A stretch of DNA of 58,391 nucleotides, the filler included, from Sphacelaria rigidula (Eukaryota), in assembly GCA_964200075.2 (NCBI GenBank). It is 7 parts of 7 records of this genome, joined end to end, with 100 filler letters (N's around TTAATTAATTAA, not from the genome) between each part and the next. Parts side by side here need not be neighbours in the genome. Positions count along the whole stretch, not along the records: positions 25,069 to 33,324 come from CAXNAA020011760.1; positions 33,425 to 41,680 come from CAXNAA020011761.1; 5 more parts are not named here. One strand, written 5' to 3'. A model generated the notes under the pieces. It did not search any database, was not told the origin of the DNA, and saw only the letters and a program-made list of their open reading frames with translations. The position numbers were made by a program, and so were the translations under genes. This document shows, in pieces, positions 25,069-36,900 of the stretch; positions within the stretch are counted from its first letter, which is position 1; the number at the start of each line of letters is the position of its first letter.

Positions 25069-27156
25069 CTATGGCATGCATGATCATGAGTACACCCCCC
25101 CCCCTATCGGAGCATCACTACGAGCACGGAGTATGGTGAGCCGCAGCACACGCAAGTGCAGACAGTCATTCTTGGAGGTTCATAAAAACACGCATTCTCA
25201 AAACGCCGGAGAAGCTCCACGGGGTACCGTATCGAGTGATAGCTGCCGGAATCCTGACAAAACCACAGGTGGCGACTGCATGGATGGTGTGCATCCAGCA
25301 GCCTCTACCTCATATATTTCTCCCCCCCGGAGAGTGGTGGTCCGGCATGGGTGCAGAAATATCTTCTGAAGTTCGAACTGTTGGAAGCCCTTCATCTCAT
25401 CCAAAAAAACGCTCATGAACTACGTGAGAATAAGTCACGATTAGTATTCAAATGGGCTAGGGATATCCCGAATGAAGGTGAAAACGGGAATGTCCTGATC
25501 CGTATTTTTTTTGGAGGTCCTAACTTCAGGAGCTCTACAAGGAGAAAGATCTGGGTCTGAATGCGCAAGCCTATTACCGTAGCATTAATGCGGAAAACAA
25601 GCGAGTGTATCTTGTGTGAGGAAAAGATGTAGGATTTTGCACAATTTTGAAAATTGAAAAAAAAAGTTTGAAACATTTTCACATCACACTATCATTCGTG
25701 GAGAACTCTGCAAACAAAACGAAAGAAAAAGAGGTGGGGGAAAAAAAAAGAGAAATAAAGTGTGGTGATCGTCGAATTGTGCATTTCATTCATAGTATCT
25801 GTGCGCAATCAATCGTCTTCCACTATGTTTCCTGCGGAATACTGGAGTGCCGCCACAAATTCAAACGCCCAAGAACATTGCTGCAGGTATTCACTGACGC
25901 TACAGTATGCGTTACGGATTATCGTAATCTGCGTGAGACCTGGGCCAGCCTAGAGACAGATTTAACTAAACTCTCAAGGCAATATCTCATCGACACAGAC
26001 GAGTTGGGCCGTGATCCGCATATCGCATTCATCGTGCAATCAAGGGGGAGGCGCCCACCTGCTCAAAAGTCTGGGCCAATATTCTCTCGTTGATCAAACC
26101 CCATGTCTAGTGATTCCTACACCGTACAGAGATAGCGTCCATACTAAAATCCATATGAAACCCCGAACGATACATTCAGCGAATGACGAAGACTTTAGGT
26201 ACATAAATTATCTGGAGGACGGGGAGACGATAGATACCCTTACCTTCACCTACTTCGTTATTCATCTTGAGAGATGGCGCACATAAGTTTTCATAATAAA
26301 ATCAACATATTACGAGCAGAGCCACTAAATGCCCTAAATCTGGATATCGCGTCTCAGTTACTGAGAGTTGTGCTATGAAATTTCGTACGGAGAACCGCTA
26401 GTGCACAACATTATAAAAAAAACAGTTTTCATTTTTCATTTTTTATTTTTCATTTTTTCATTTCCTTTTTCAGTTCCTTTTTCATTTTTTTTTCGTTTTT
26501 TCAGGAGAGTTCTGAGGAGAAATGAACATTGCTCTTGGGCCTGATCTCAAGGTTGAAACTCAATTTTTAGAATGGTGATTTGAAACTGAGCATGGAGAAC
26601 CACAGAGGTATGCAGAATAAAAAACAAAAATGGGCCTTCATTTTTTCTTTCCGAGAGTTTAGTGCGTTCTTGTGAGAAATTGGTGTTTACCATACTAAAA
26701 CGCCCTTAAGGCTACTTCTCATGTATGAAAAAACACGTTATCAGAAAAGCCCTTTATCAACAGCACGTTTTTTAACAGAATTTTTTCAAGTAGCCCTTCT
26801 TACGTGATCGACGCACTATCAACATTGAAAACGCAGTGTTCATCGTTTTCTATGACGTGTGCAGGCATTATTTCAAATTCTGGGGCGCGCGAGAGAGACG
26901 CAGCACTCTGCTGTCCTGCCGTGGTGTACGGTCCGTGCTGACTGTCTGTACTACTGTGATACATCGCCTGAGCAATACAAGTTGGGCTGCGTGACGCAAG
27001 TCCATCACTAACAACACCGCCTTGCTGTACCAACTGACTGTAGAAGTGACGGTTGTGCTTTTTCACTGAGCGGTAGTACTTGACTGAAAGGACAGCACGG
27101 ACAACAGTAGTACACACAACAGTGCTGTATTGCATGCATTGGCTGTAGTACTTCAA

Positions 27157-27540
27157 CAGTGGCACTATTTATAGTCTCGTGTGTACTGTCAGTATGGTCC
27201 TGTATCTACAAGGCTTGGGTGCGTAGGCAGCCTGTACTGCAGAGCGACGTCTGTTTGCAACACGCTGCATGCACAGACCTCACGACTGAGCTTCAAGTTC
27301 GCTGCACTGTAGCACTCGGTTGTACGGGCAGCACAGACAACTGTACAGACACCACTGTTGTGTTGTATGCGTTGGATGTGCTACAGTAGTAGCACTACTT
27401 ATCTCATAGTCTTGTGTGTGCTGTCAGTCCGGTCCTGTCTCGGCAAGGCTTGGGTGCGTGGGCAGTCTGTTCAGCATTGCGACGGCTTTTCGCCACAAGC
27501 TGCGTGCACAGACATGAACTGAGCTACAAACTTGTACGGA
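27157..27540. repeat. Degenerate tandem duplication (~230-bp period)
   Basis: 'atagtct.gtgtgt.ctgtcagt..ggtcctgt....caaggcttgggtgcgt.ggcag' occurs at ~27170 and ~27406. Confidence 0.75.
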
Positions 27541-28069
27541 CAACATATAGTTAGACTGTCCCGTCTGTACAGCAGTCGTCATCGACCCTGCCCCCTGCTG
27601 TTCTCATGGGGTAAAGGGCCACGACGCTACTGGCGAGCGAAGGACAATGATGCAACACGCTGAATGCCCGCGAGCACAAGCGAGAGAATTAGTGGTGATG
27701 GCAGCCAAGCCATCACAGGTGCTGTCGTGGGCTGTAATGTGTGTTCAAACGTGTTCAAACGAGGTTCAAACGCTTTTTCGATAATATTTTTCGATAGTCC
27801 GAGGTTATCGGAAAATCGTGATTTTCCGATAACTTTGGGCTATCGAAAAATGTTATAAGAAAAAGTTCTATCAGAAAACGCGTTTTTTTATACATAAGAA
27901 GTAGCTTGAACCAGTGAATAAATAAATAAAAACCAACCTGACCCACTTTTTTTGGTTCAAAATGCCCCAGCGAGGTCCCACACAAAATTCCAATATTCAA
28001 ACACCAAACGTGGGCCGGGAAGTGGCCTGCAAAATAATGTTCCGAATTTCTATCGCCCCGGTTTCTTAA

Positions 28070-28351
28070 CAGCCTATTCGCCGGCCAATATTTAGAGTTG
28101 AACCCTGAAATTTAGTATGAACAATGAATAGGGCATAATGAAGTTAATTACGCGTGTACGCAAATACTTTTTTCCCTCATGAATTGAAGGCAATAATCGA
28201 TTTTCAGGTACCAGTAAAATGCCCTTGACTCAAGAAAAAAAAACTTTAGGTGCACGCGTGATTGTTTTTATCATTCAGTGTACCAAATTTCAGGATCCAA
28301 CTCCAAATATTGCAGGGTCCAACTCTAAATATTGGCTGGCGAATGAGACTG
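28070..28351. mobile_element. MITE with ~38-bp TIRs
   Basis: attcgccggccaatatttagagttgaaccctg versus cagggtccaactctaaatattggctggcgaat; probable CAG...CTG ends. Confidence 0.7.
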
Positions 28352-30513
28352 CAAACTACAAATGCGCCTCTAGGCTGGCCCAGGTCGTAGCTCCTTCGAG
28401 TATCTCAACTTTCGCATGCCCATGTCCCACACAACGTCACCACATTGTGGGACGAAAAAAATGGTATAAGTACTAGGTAGGAACGGTACAACAGTCTTCA
28501 TCATGTGATGAGACGAAAAAAGGTACTGCCCATCCCAGACTTTCCTTTTCCATCATCCCCCCAAAAGGTACAGTGCTGTGCGTGAGGGACGGAAAAAGGT
28601 AAAATCAACCTCCGTTTTTTCTCCCCGCTGACCCAGTAAAGGTACGGTGCTGTGCTTATCACGCGATGAGACAAAAAAAGCTACTGATCATCCCAGTTTG
28701 CCCCAGGAAAGGTGGAAACAGTGCTGATTTCATCACACCAGGAGAAAAAAACATGGGTACTTTTCATATTCCCTAGGAAATCAGTTAATGTACAAATAAT
28801 CAAGCTATGAATCAAGCACCAATCGACCAATCATGATGAAATTACTAAAATCGTATTCCCACGAACGATTGGCCAGCTGCCGTGGGTACCAACAGCCGAA
28901 CATCGAAATTGAGGACGAGATCCCGGAGGATTAAAATCTTCGCATAACCAAATCTTCGAAATATGGTATCATTGCTCCCCCTTCTGATGGCTATTGACGA
29001 CCGCTACCCGCCCTGCAAATTTGGATTTCGATAACCGAAATGTTGGGGTCCTAGATGAAGAAAAGTTTTTGAGGAATTTAGGCGATCCGATGGTGTGTCG
29101 ATACTCTACAGCCTTAGGCTATAGGCTCATACATCTAGCGTGAAGTGCACACAGGTTGATACCTCCAGGAAGAGCAAGAGAGGCAGTGTCTCTCCTGGGA
29201 GACTAGACCAGGCAGCTAGCTAGCAAGCTCTTCGTCGTGAGAAATGATCCTCGCGCACTATGATTGATGAATTGATTGATGGTCATTATCCACCGTTACT
29301 GACCCCCTAGGAGTCATGATGCAACTGTGGTCATGATTCATATGATTCACGTACCCGAGGAAAAAAAACGGCACACTTGCTGAAGAAAGGTGAAAGAAAC
29401 AGAACGGTGAGAAGAACAATCAAAAACAGAGTAGACTAAGAGAAAGGTCAAGAGAGAGAGAGAAAAGAAATGATAACACAAGATAAAACGAGGACAAGAT
29501 ATATATTTTTTGGTCGGCCTCTGCAACATGGGTTCGGTGGGAAAAGGTCTTGCGCGAAAAGCACACAGCCATACCCAATCGCAAAAAACAAAAAGCCGCG
29601 GAAACAGCTTCCGGCACATCTATCTATTTCGACCTCACTACTTGGGGTGTGAAGCTCTCTCCCGTGAACTCTACGGAAGGGAGGCACCAAACCGCGACTT
29701 GCGTACACCGGGATGAAAGAACACACACAGAGATGGAGAAAGAAAGAGAGAGCAGAGAAGAAGGAGACTGCAGAAGTGATGGAAGTCAAGGGACACGGCA
29801 CGGTAGCGCAGGGTCAAACCACAGCAGAGAGGACCGCAAAAACACCCGCCAAGGACAAAGTCAACTACCAAAAGAAATATACAGGGGTATATCAGTTTCC
29901 GTGTTCGCCCGATTTCTCGCGGTCACCCCTAGTCGGGTACAAAGCGGTTCAGGGGACAGGAAACACGGCACCCCCAGAACGTCAAGAACGTGCTGTCCAC
30001 AACAAGAACCCTCACCGATCACGCTTATTTCCTTGGGTGCCGAAAAGCCTCCGTTGAGCAGTATCGAACGAGAAAGGTGTTCGATGGACACTGATCCCAG
30101 TGCCCTGGTCTCATACAGCATCACAGTCAGGCGTCCTCTCGACCCTACATCAGGCAGGCAAGCAGTGCAAAATCAACGTGTTGGCAGTTGACAATGAATT
30201 CAACGCTTTGATCGCGGCTCGGAGGTGTTCTACATCTGTCGAATCGGCATCCACTATTTTTTCTTGTTGGAAAATGACCGTCGGACCACAAACAAATATC
30301 CATCTATCTATGGGTGCTGAGAAGGATAACATTTATAAAAAAGAAAAACGATAAAAATAAAAATAAGTGGAGAATGAAAAAGAAAAAAAGAAAAACAGAA
30401 AAAAAAAAGATGCAACGAACATCGAAACACATCTGACCGACCCACCACACGTGGAAAAGATGTGCACCTCAAGTGGACAAGCCATGAAAACTTTACAAGG
30501 CTTACTCAAGGCA

Positions 30514-30554
30514 AACACACACATACACGCACACGCACACGCATGCACACGCAT

Positions 30555-30620
<66 letters not shown>

Positions 30621-30621
30621 C
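30514..30621. repeat. (CA)n microsatellite
   Basis: Directly visible; explains the (HT)n and (CV)n ORFs. Confidence 0.95.
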
Positions 30622-31930
30622 CGCGCCAGAGTACTACAACACCAAAACCCCCGGCTCCAGAAAAAAAAAGCCTCTGCACGTTCGACACAGGACATGAGCG
30701 TAGCGGACTCAGTCTTACTTTCGAGAAAAACCTAGCTGTTGTCGTTGAAAGTGTCAGAATGATAGGTGCAGATTTCATTGGACAAGAGTCGACGCGTTGC
30801 GGGAGTGGTCATCATCCAATCCTCGACACCGCAATGCCAGGCATGTATATACCAGGGGACAGGGTTGGGCTAAAAGTTTGACGAAGAACAAAAAAATAGC
30901 TATTCTGAAATATAGGAACGACCTTTTTTTTTCTCCATAGTAACGAAATTTTTTCCAAGGTAGTCGGGATTGCGGGAAATGATACACCCCACGAAGGCAC
31001 TTTCCAGGGATATCATTCACAGAATTTTTTCCCGTGGTATTCGTATTTGTGGGTCATGGCGTAACCATTTGGAGGCCTCCAGTTCCCTCGCAGGTGTCTT
31101 CGAGTGAGTACCGTTCGAACATCATCGAAACACTTGACACCAACATTTTGTTCCAAGGTGCCTTCGCAGGGGGTACCGTTTGTCACAATTCCGAACTACC
31201 ATCGAAAAAAATCCGTCATCATTTTTCAGAATCCCCTGCTTTTTGCACAAATCAAAGTTTCAAATATTTTCAAAAACTTAGAATTTAGACCTCGCGATGT
31301 CTCGTACACTAGGAATACAAATGCGATTTGTTTCACGTCAGCTGTCATCGGTACATAGGCGCCCATGATGACGAGCTCATCGGCGAGATCTCGGATATTT
31401 TTCAGCTCAAAAACTGATCTGTAGTGGCTGGTGGTACCCGTATATTGGGGTCCGGAGCGATGATCTCACTACATTAGATTCAGACCTGTAGTAGATGATC
31501 GACAAACGCATGGACATTTGCGTCATCACTCGAGTAATCGCAGCCTAGTCACCAGATAATTCTCTTCATGTCGTATGCAATCTCAGGGCAGTGAATGGTA
31601 TATAAACAATTTTCTCTTGTCATCTCAGGGCGGTGAATGGAAAATACATAATGTTGTATTACAGTTCTAAAACATTTTCAGCATTTATCGGGATACTCAA
31701 GGACGACGACCTTAAACGTACCTTTCATAGCCCAGCACTTGCCAACGGAAGAGGGCGGGGATATGGCGGCTATAGGGCCGTTTATCGATTGCCCTCCTGC
31801 GTTCCGCGCGATGTTCTTGAATTGCTCTACAACGGAAATCTTGTCCTGAAAAAAAATAAGAACAAGGGGAAAAAGAGAAAAAAAAAAATGACATGTGCAA
31901 TTTAGGGTGGCGTTAGGGGTGCAGCGGGGG

Positions 31931-32495
31931 TGTACTCATAATCTTGCATGCCGTAGTCATATGTTCATTGACCTCGCGTCCCTACAAAGCCGAGACCGAG
32001 CGCACCGGGTGTTCGCCGGACCAGGCTTTTAATCATTCACCAAGCGCGAAGCGCGAAGCGCCGTAGTGTGTTCGGCGAGCCGCATGAAGGGTGAGCTGCA
32101 TCCTGCCAAGATTGCTTGGCCAGAAGCCTACTAGGCATCTTGCATTTGGATGACAGCCTCCAATGAATTGCTTCATTTTCTGGTACGTTCACTTCCAGAT
32201 ACAGCCACGGATTCCGCACTGCCTCATGTGTCTCATCCTTGAAACACTACGTAGTATGATCATCCCCTTTGCGCGGAATTGAGATTCTCCCACCCCACAC
32301 AAAATAGTGTGGCTGGACCACCATCATGTCACCGCAAAAAAAAGCAAGCGCGCAAGAACAAATCGGTAACCTGGTTGTCTAGCTTACCCAGTGAGCAGCG
32401 TGTTCTACAGCGTCATCGCCAAACGACGCCAACCCCACGGGGGGGTCCGTCCCTACAAAGTCGGGACGGAGCACGCCGGGTTTCCGCCGGACCAG
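31931..32495 (-). mobile_element. Family A element, longest copy (~565 bp)
   Basis: Flanked by G-runs on both sides (C-runs on the element strand). A ~45-bp sequence 'ctggtccggcg.a.acccgg..gctc.gtc..g.ctttgtaggga' occurs at the 5' end and again ~50 bp from the 3' end. Confidence 0.9.
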
Positions 32496-33324
32496 GGTAG
32501 GGTGGGGGGGGGGGGGGGGGGGGGGGTGCAGGGGGAGGTGTTTCCAGTTTTCCATAATGCTAGGTGGTGGTGACACGTGGCCACAGCAATAGTTAACGAT
32601 ACATTGCTCACTAAAAGTAGAACAGACACAATGCAGGGTCAGGTACCTCACGCATCGGGTACCACCCCACGGGTAACCCCTCCTCTCAGATACCCCCCCT
32701 TCCCGCAGCCACTAATGAGCTCACCTTTGGTTTATAGGTATCGGAAGTCATCGCTTTCACTACGTTCCCGCCAGCGAGTGCCGTGGCGTAGTCTGGCTGC
32801 CCCGTGCTATCAGCGCCGTATCTGGAACAAAAAATGACAAAAAGTGCCAAGGTAACAAGAAAAAAAAATAAATGTGCAGGGGGTGCTATACGATATACAT
32901 AAATTTTGCATGCTACGTGAAGAACTGCCTCATGCATTTTTTTTTATTTCACTCGACTCTTCGACCGCCGGCCAGGGTACTTGCGTTTTCTGGGTCGTGC
33001 AATATATATTTTTTGGCGAAAATGATGCCAGTTCCAAAGGCCCGGCTGAAGAGAAGCAGAATAGAAAAGAGAAGAAAAAGCAGCCTGTCGTCTCCTGGGC
33101 GCTGAATGGGTCAACATAACATATGTACCCTAAAAAGCCTCCTTATTCAAGTCAACTTTGTATTCCCAAAGCCATCACTCATAATTAGATATTGCTCCCC
33201 TCATCTCAACGCATATCGATTATTTTACTTCAAACAGACGCCTGCCCCCCCCCCCCCCCCCCCCCTGGCCCCCCCCCCGGCGGTCCGGTGGCGCGTGGCC
33301 CACACACACAGCAACACAAAAAAA

Positions 33325-33424
33325 NNNNNNNNNNNNNNNNNNNNNNNNNNNNNNNNNNNNNNNNNNNNTTAATTAATTAANNNNNNNNNNNNNNNNNNNN
33401 NNNNNNNNNNNNNNNNNNNNNNNN
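33325..33424. other. Artificial assembly linker
   Basis: Same N44-TTAATTAATTAA-N44 structure. Confidence 0.98.
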
Positions 33425-33493
33425 ATTTGGATGACAGCCTACAATGAGTTGCTTTAGTTTCTGGTATCGCCACTTCCAGAGACAGGGGGGGGG
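33425..33493 (-). mobile_element. Family A fragment; 5' truncation abuts a G9 run
   Basis: Reverse complement of the family A body. Confidence 0.85.
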
Positions 33494-33857
33494 CAGAATT
33501 ATCTAGAAGTCAGAGTCGAAAAAAAACGAACCCCGCGCAACTTTCTCGCCACGTGTATAGTGTTCGCCGTTGTCAACCACCGACTTCGTGAAAACTCAAA
33601 ACTTCCCCGATAATGAAAAACGACAAAACCACAGCCATTCAATCATACATTGTAAGTATCGTAGCACACTAAACGGAGGAGAGGGCCCATTTGAATGGCA
33701 ATGCATTGAGAGCCGGCTGCGTGTGTGAGCGGAAAAGAGCGAGATAAATAGAAGAAAAGAAACCTCACACATATGCATGGCCATTCTGTATAACGGTCAA
33801 TGTCGGTCATGTGCGCGTGCGCTCTTCTCCATTCTCGGCGTTGCCATTCTATCGTAC

Positions 33858-33943
33858 CTTCTCGTCACGTCGACTATCCTTCGGTTGCCATCCAGAGCTA
33901 CCACGTACGGCATCAACCTCTTCCTGAACCTCATAGCTTGAAC
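33858..33943 (-). CDS. XPC: XPC exon (VQAMRFRKRLMPYVVALDGNRRIVDVTR)
   Basis: ttttcag acceptor, gtacga donor, Rad4 YVVA..DVTxRY motif. Confidence 0.9.
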
Positions 33944-36900
33944 CTGAAAAGGAAGGGAAAAACGGAGGGGGGGGGAGGTGTGTTTACGCGGTGAATCAAA
34001 AGATGGTGCAACGCACACCAGACGTGTTCCCCATGAAACATTGGATTAATCGAATGGTTGATTGTCTCACATTGGCAATGCGACCGGGCAAATCACACGG
34101 AGAAAAAACACCCGGGCACGCACACACACTAAACACATAAACGGTTTCTGCAGTCTGGAACGTCATGCTCCGCCGGCCGCCTGTTTCAACTCTCTCTCCG
34201 GCTCGCGAGTACACATGTGCTCAAGGGACAACATGTATACAGACCCACCCGGTGACGTCGTGGTTCGTACCCGCCCAACGACGCATTTTCCCATGCAAAC
34301 GTACTGCAACTCAGGTGTGATGACTCTCGATACTCTACTACTCCAGGCAGCACGCTGCTGCGTCTTCGACCTAGACATGAAACGCCAAAAACGTCCGGTG
34401 GGTCAACGAAAAAACAAACACACTTACACACATAAACTTACTACACATGGCCCTCTGCAAAAAATATCAAGAAGTGGGGCTTCCTGTAACAAAATCGGAC
34501 GTGCGTGACCCAAGTACCAAACTCGGCTCGTTCACTCCCGTTTGGTTTGTTGTACAACCTGGAGCCAGCGGCGCATTCCATGCAGATGCGCGCAACTACA
34601 TTTTGAAGGCCCTTGAAAGAGGGTTGAAAGACAAAATACTCTATTTTGTTAGAGACGAAATCCTCATCTTCCAACTCCAGAAACCACCAAAAAGTCAATA
34701 TATGTGGAACCTTGACTGTTTTTGCTTGTACCATCGATCCTGTAAAAGGTCATTCGATGTTGCTGAGCGTAGTTTCCCTCGAGATTCCAGACTCCAAGGC
34801 CAAAAACACGATAGTGCAGTAAGCGACACGGTCGATGTTTCTCTCTCTCTTGATCCCTTTCGGTCATCTTTCTTATTTTGGTCCGTCTTGCTCGGCTCAG
34901 CCTCTACAAAATCGATTCCACACATGTTGCAAGACTTTAGGGACAGAGCAAGATCACTCCGTGCCAAAGTCCACGTGCACGCACGCGCACCCGGCCATCC
35001 ACTTTCTCGCAAGCACGAAGCATAGTCGTATTCCTCTCCGACTCTACCTTCATCTCTGCCTCGCACCCACCTTATGCGCCTGATCCACGGCTCCCTGCAC
35101 GGGATCAACGTGGACCCACCTCTCCCCTCCCCCGGCGCCGCCATCACTGCCCCTCCGGCCGTCACCGGGAGCAGCAGCGCTAGTCACCGCACTAACACCG
35201 GCAGCCCCTCCGCCCTCCACCTTGACTCCTTGCCTTGGCTTCAGCACTACCCCCTCCCCTGAAACAGCGCCGCAGCCGCTGCTGACTGCTCCAGCAGCTT
35301 TCCCTCGTCCGGGCGCGGTGGGGGCTTTAAGGTTCGCCGTCATTGACGTCGTACAGGGGTTACTTGTCTCGGGGTCCTTCGTCGGCGATGCCGTCGGACG
35401 CTCATGGGTAGTGACGGTGGTTGAAATCGTCGACGATGCCGGTAGACGAGTGGGTTTCACTTGGTCTCCCGCTGCTGCATGCCGCCGGCTACTACGCGTG
35501 TTCCGATTGCTTGTGGCATGCGCGTTCGCTGTTTCCCTCTGTTTCAGTTCACCCCCGCTTCCGACGCCGTCGCTGCTGCCGCCACGACCGCGTTCATCCA
35601 CGATCGTTTTACCTCTCCCGCTGCTTGCTAACCTACTGCTGGTCCTGCGGCTGTCCTGCCCAGCTTCCATCCGGTTCTTGTCCAACGTGGCCGCCGCCAC
35701 CGCCGCCACGGTGGCTTTTCCGTTCATCTTCTCTATCTCCCCAGCATCTGTTGACGGCTGCTGTGCTATTTCGGCCGCCTTCTTGTGCGGACGCCGTTTC
35801 TTGTTACCACCGGTGTTCTCCGCCGATGCGGTCGCTTGCATCGCCGTTTCGGTGGACCGCGATTCTGAAGAAGCCGTGGATAGCCTTTTCCGTCGCATTC
35901 CTGCTGTAGTACGCCCACCCGACTTCTCTCCCGTGTCCGTGCCGTCCCGCGCGCGCGTTGTCCTTGCCTCCGCTGCCGCCACAGTCGCCCTTGTTCGATT
36001 TACCATACTGCTATGTCCTCGCCCCCCGTCGCTGCCTTCCATCAAGGCGGCGGCGGTCGCGGCAGTCGTGTTTTGACCGCGGACAATGACTTTCTCTTTT
36101 TTTTTGCGGGGGGGTGGCCTGCTGGCGATCTCTTTATCGCTGCCGCTGCTACTGCCGTTGAGTAAAAGAGGCGTAGCCCTACTTCCTTCACCTCCCGCGT
36201 CCACCCTGTCTTCATCAGCAGCATGGGGGTTTGCACCAACACCCGCTCGCTGTCGCTTCAGGCTGCGAGGCAGTGTTTTGCGCACCCTCGTAGACTGAGC
36301 ATCATCGGCTGTGGTGGTTGTCGTCGTGTCGGTGGATTTTGTGACGACGTGCTTTCGTCATGGGGCAGGTCCGGGTACAGCAGCGGCAAAAGGGGATGCG
36401 CGTCGTCAGGTGAGGGTGTAGCTTACGATACATAACAAGCCCCCGCCACTGTCGATATACGTGTGATAAATCCGGCGTGATTGTGGGTGTCTGGGGTGCA
36501 GTGCGAATCGGCAGGGTTATTTTATCCCGGCAATTTGCATCCCAGCTTTCACCCTAGAACTGCATGCCTCTCCTGCTGGATAATCTCTGTGGGTGTATGT
36601 CTTTGGTCATTGAGACGGAGAAGTTTGAAGTTTGTCACGGATAAACGGTTGGGGGTGGGAAAAAAAAAAAAAAATACGATGCTTATTCCATCATTCCACC
36701 ATGCTCGACCAGCGGACGGCCTCTCAGGCGTTGCCGAAGAAAATAATATTTACCCCGCGGAAAAGTCCTCATCTCCCAAAGATAAGCCCAGTCGGCCATA
36801 TCGCCATCACTCCCCCCGACAAAAGCAAGTGGTATACAGTACATCGAGACGGTAGGCAGTGTCAAATAGGACACTTTTCATCCGGCCCTACATAATTCAC

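Noticed and set aside
29340-30360. Overlapping ORFs (also 11527-12590 and 25647-26286)
   Set aside because: No identifiable domains or splice structure; probably decayed repeats that I cannot classify by eye.
30333-30881. Cys/Val- and His/Thr-repeat ORFs
   Set aside because: Translations of a (CA)n microsatellite.
34447-35025. 192-aa plus-strand ORF inside an XPC intron (nested gene?)
   Set aside because: No recognisable motif or splice support; probably repeat-derived or chance.
35222-36076. 284-aa plus-strand ORF
   Set aside because: Antisense shadow of the GC-rich XPC exon.
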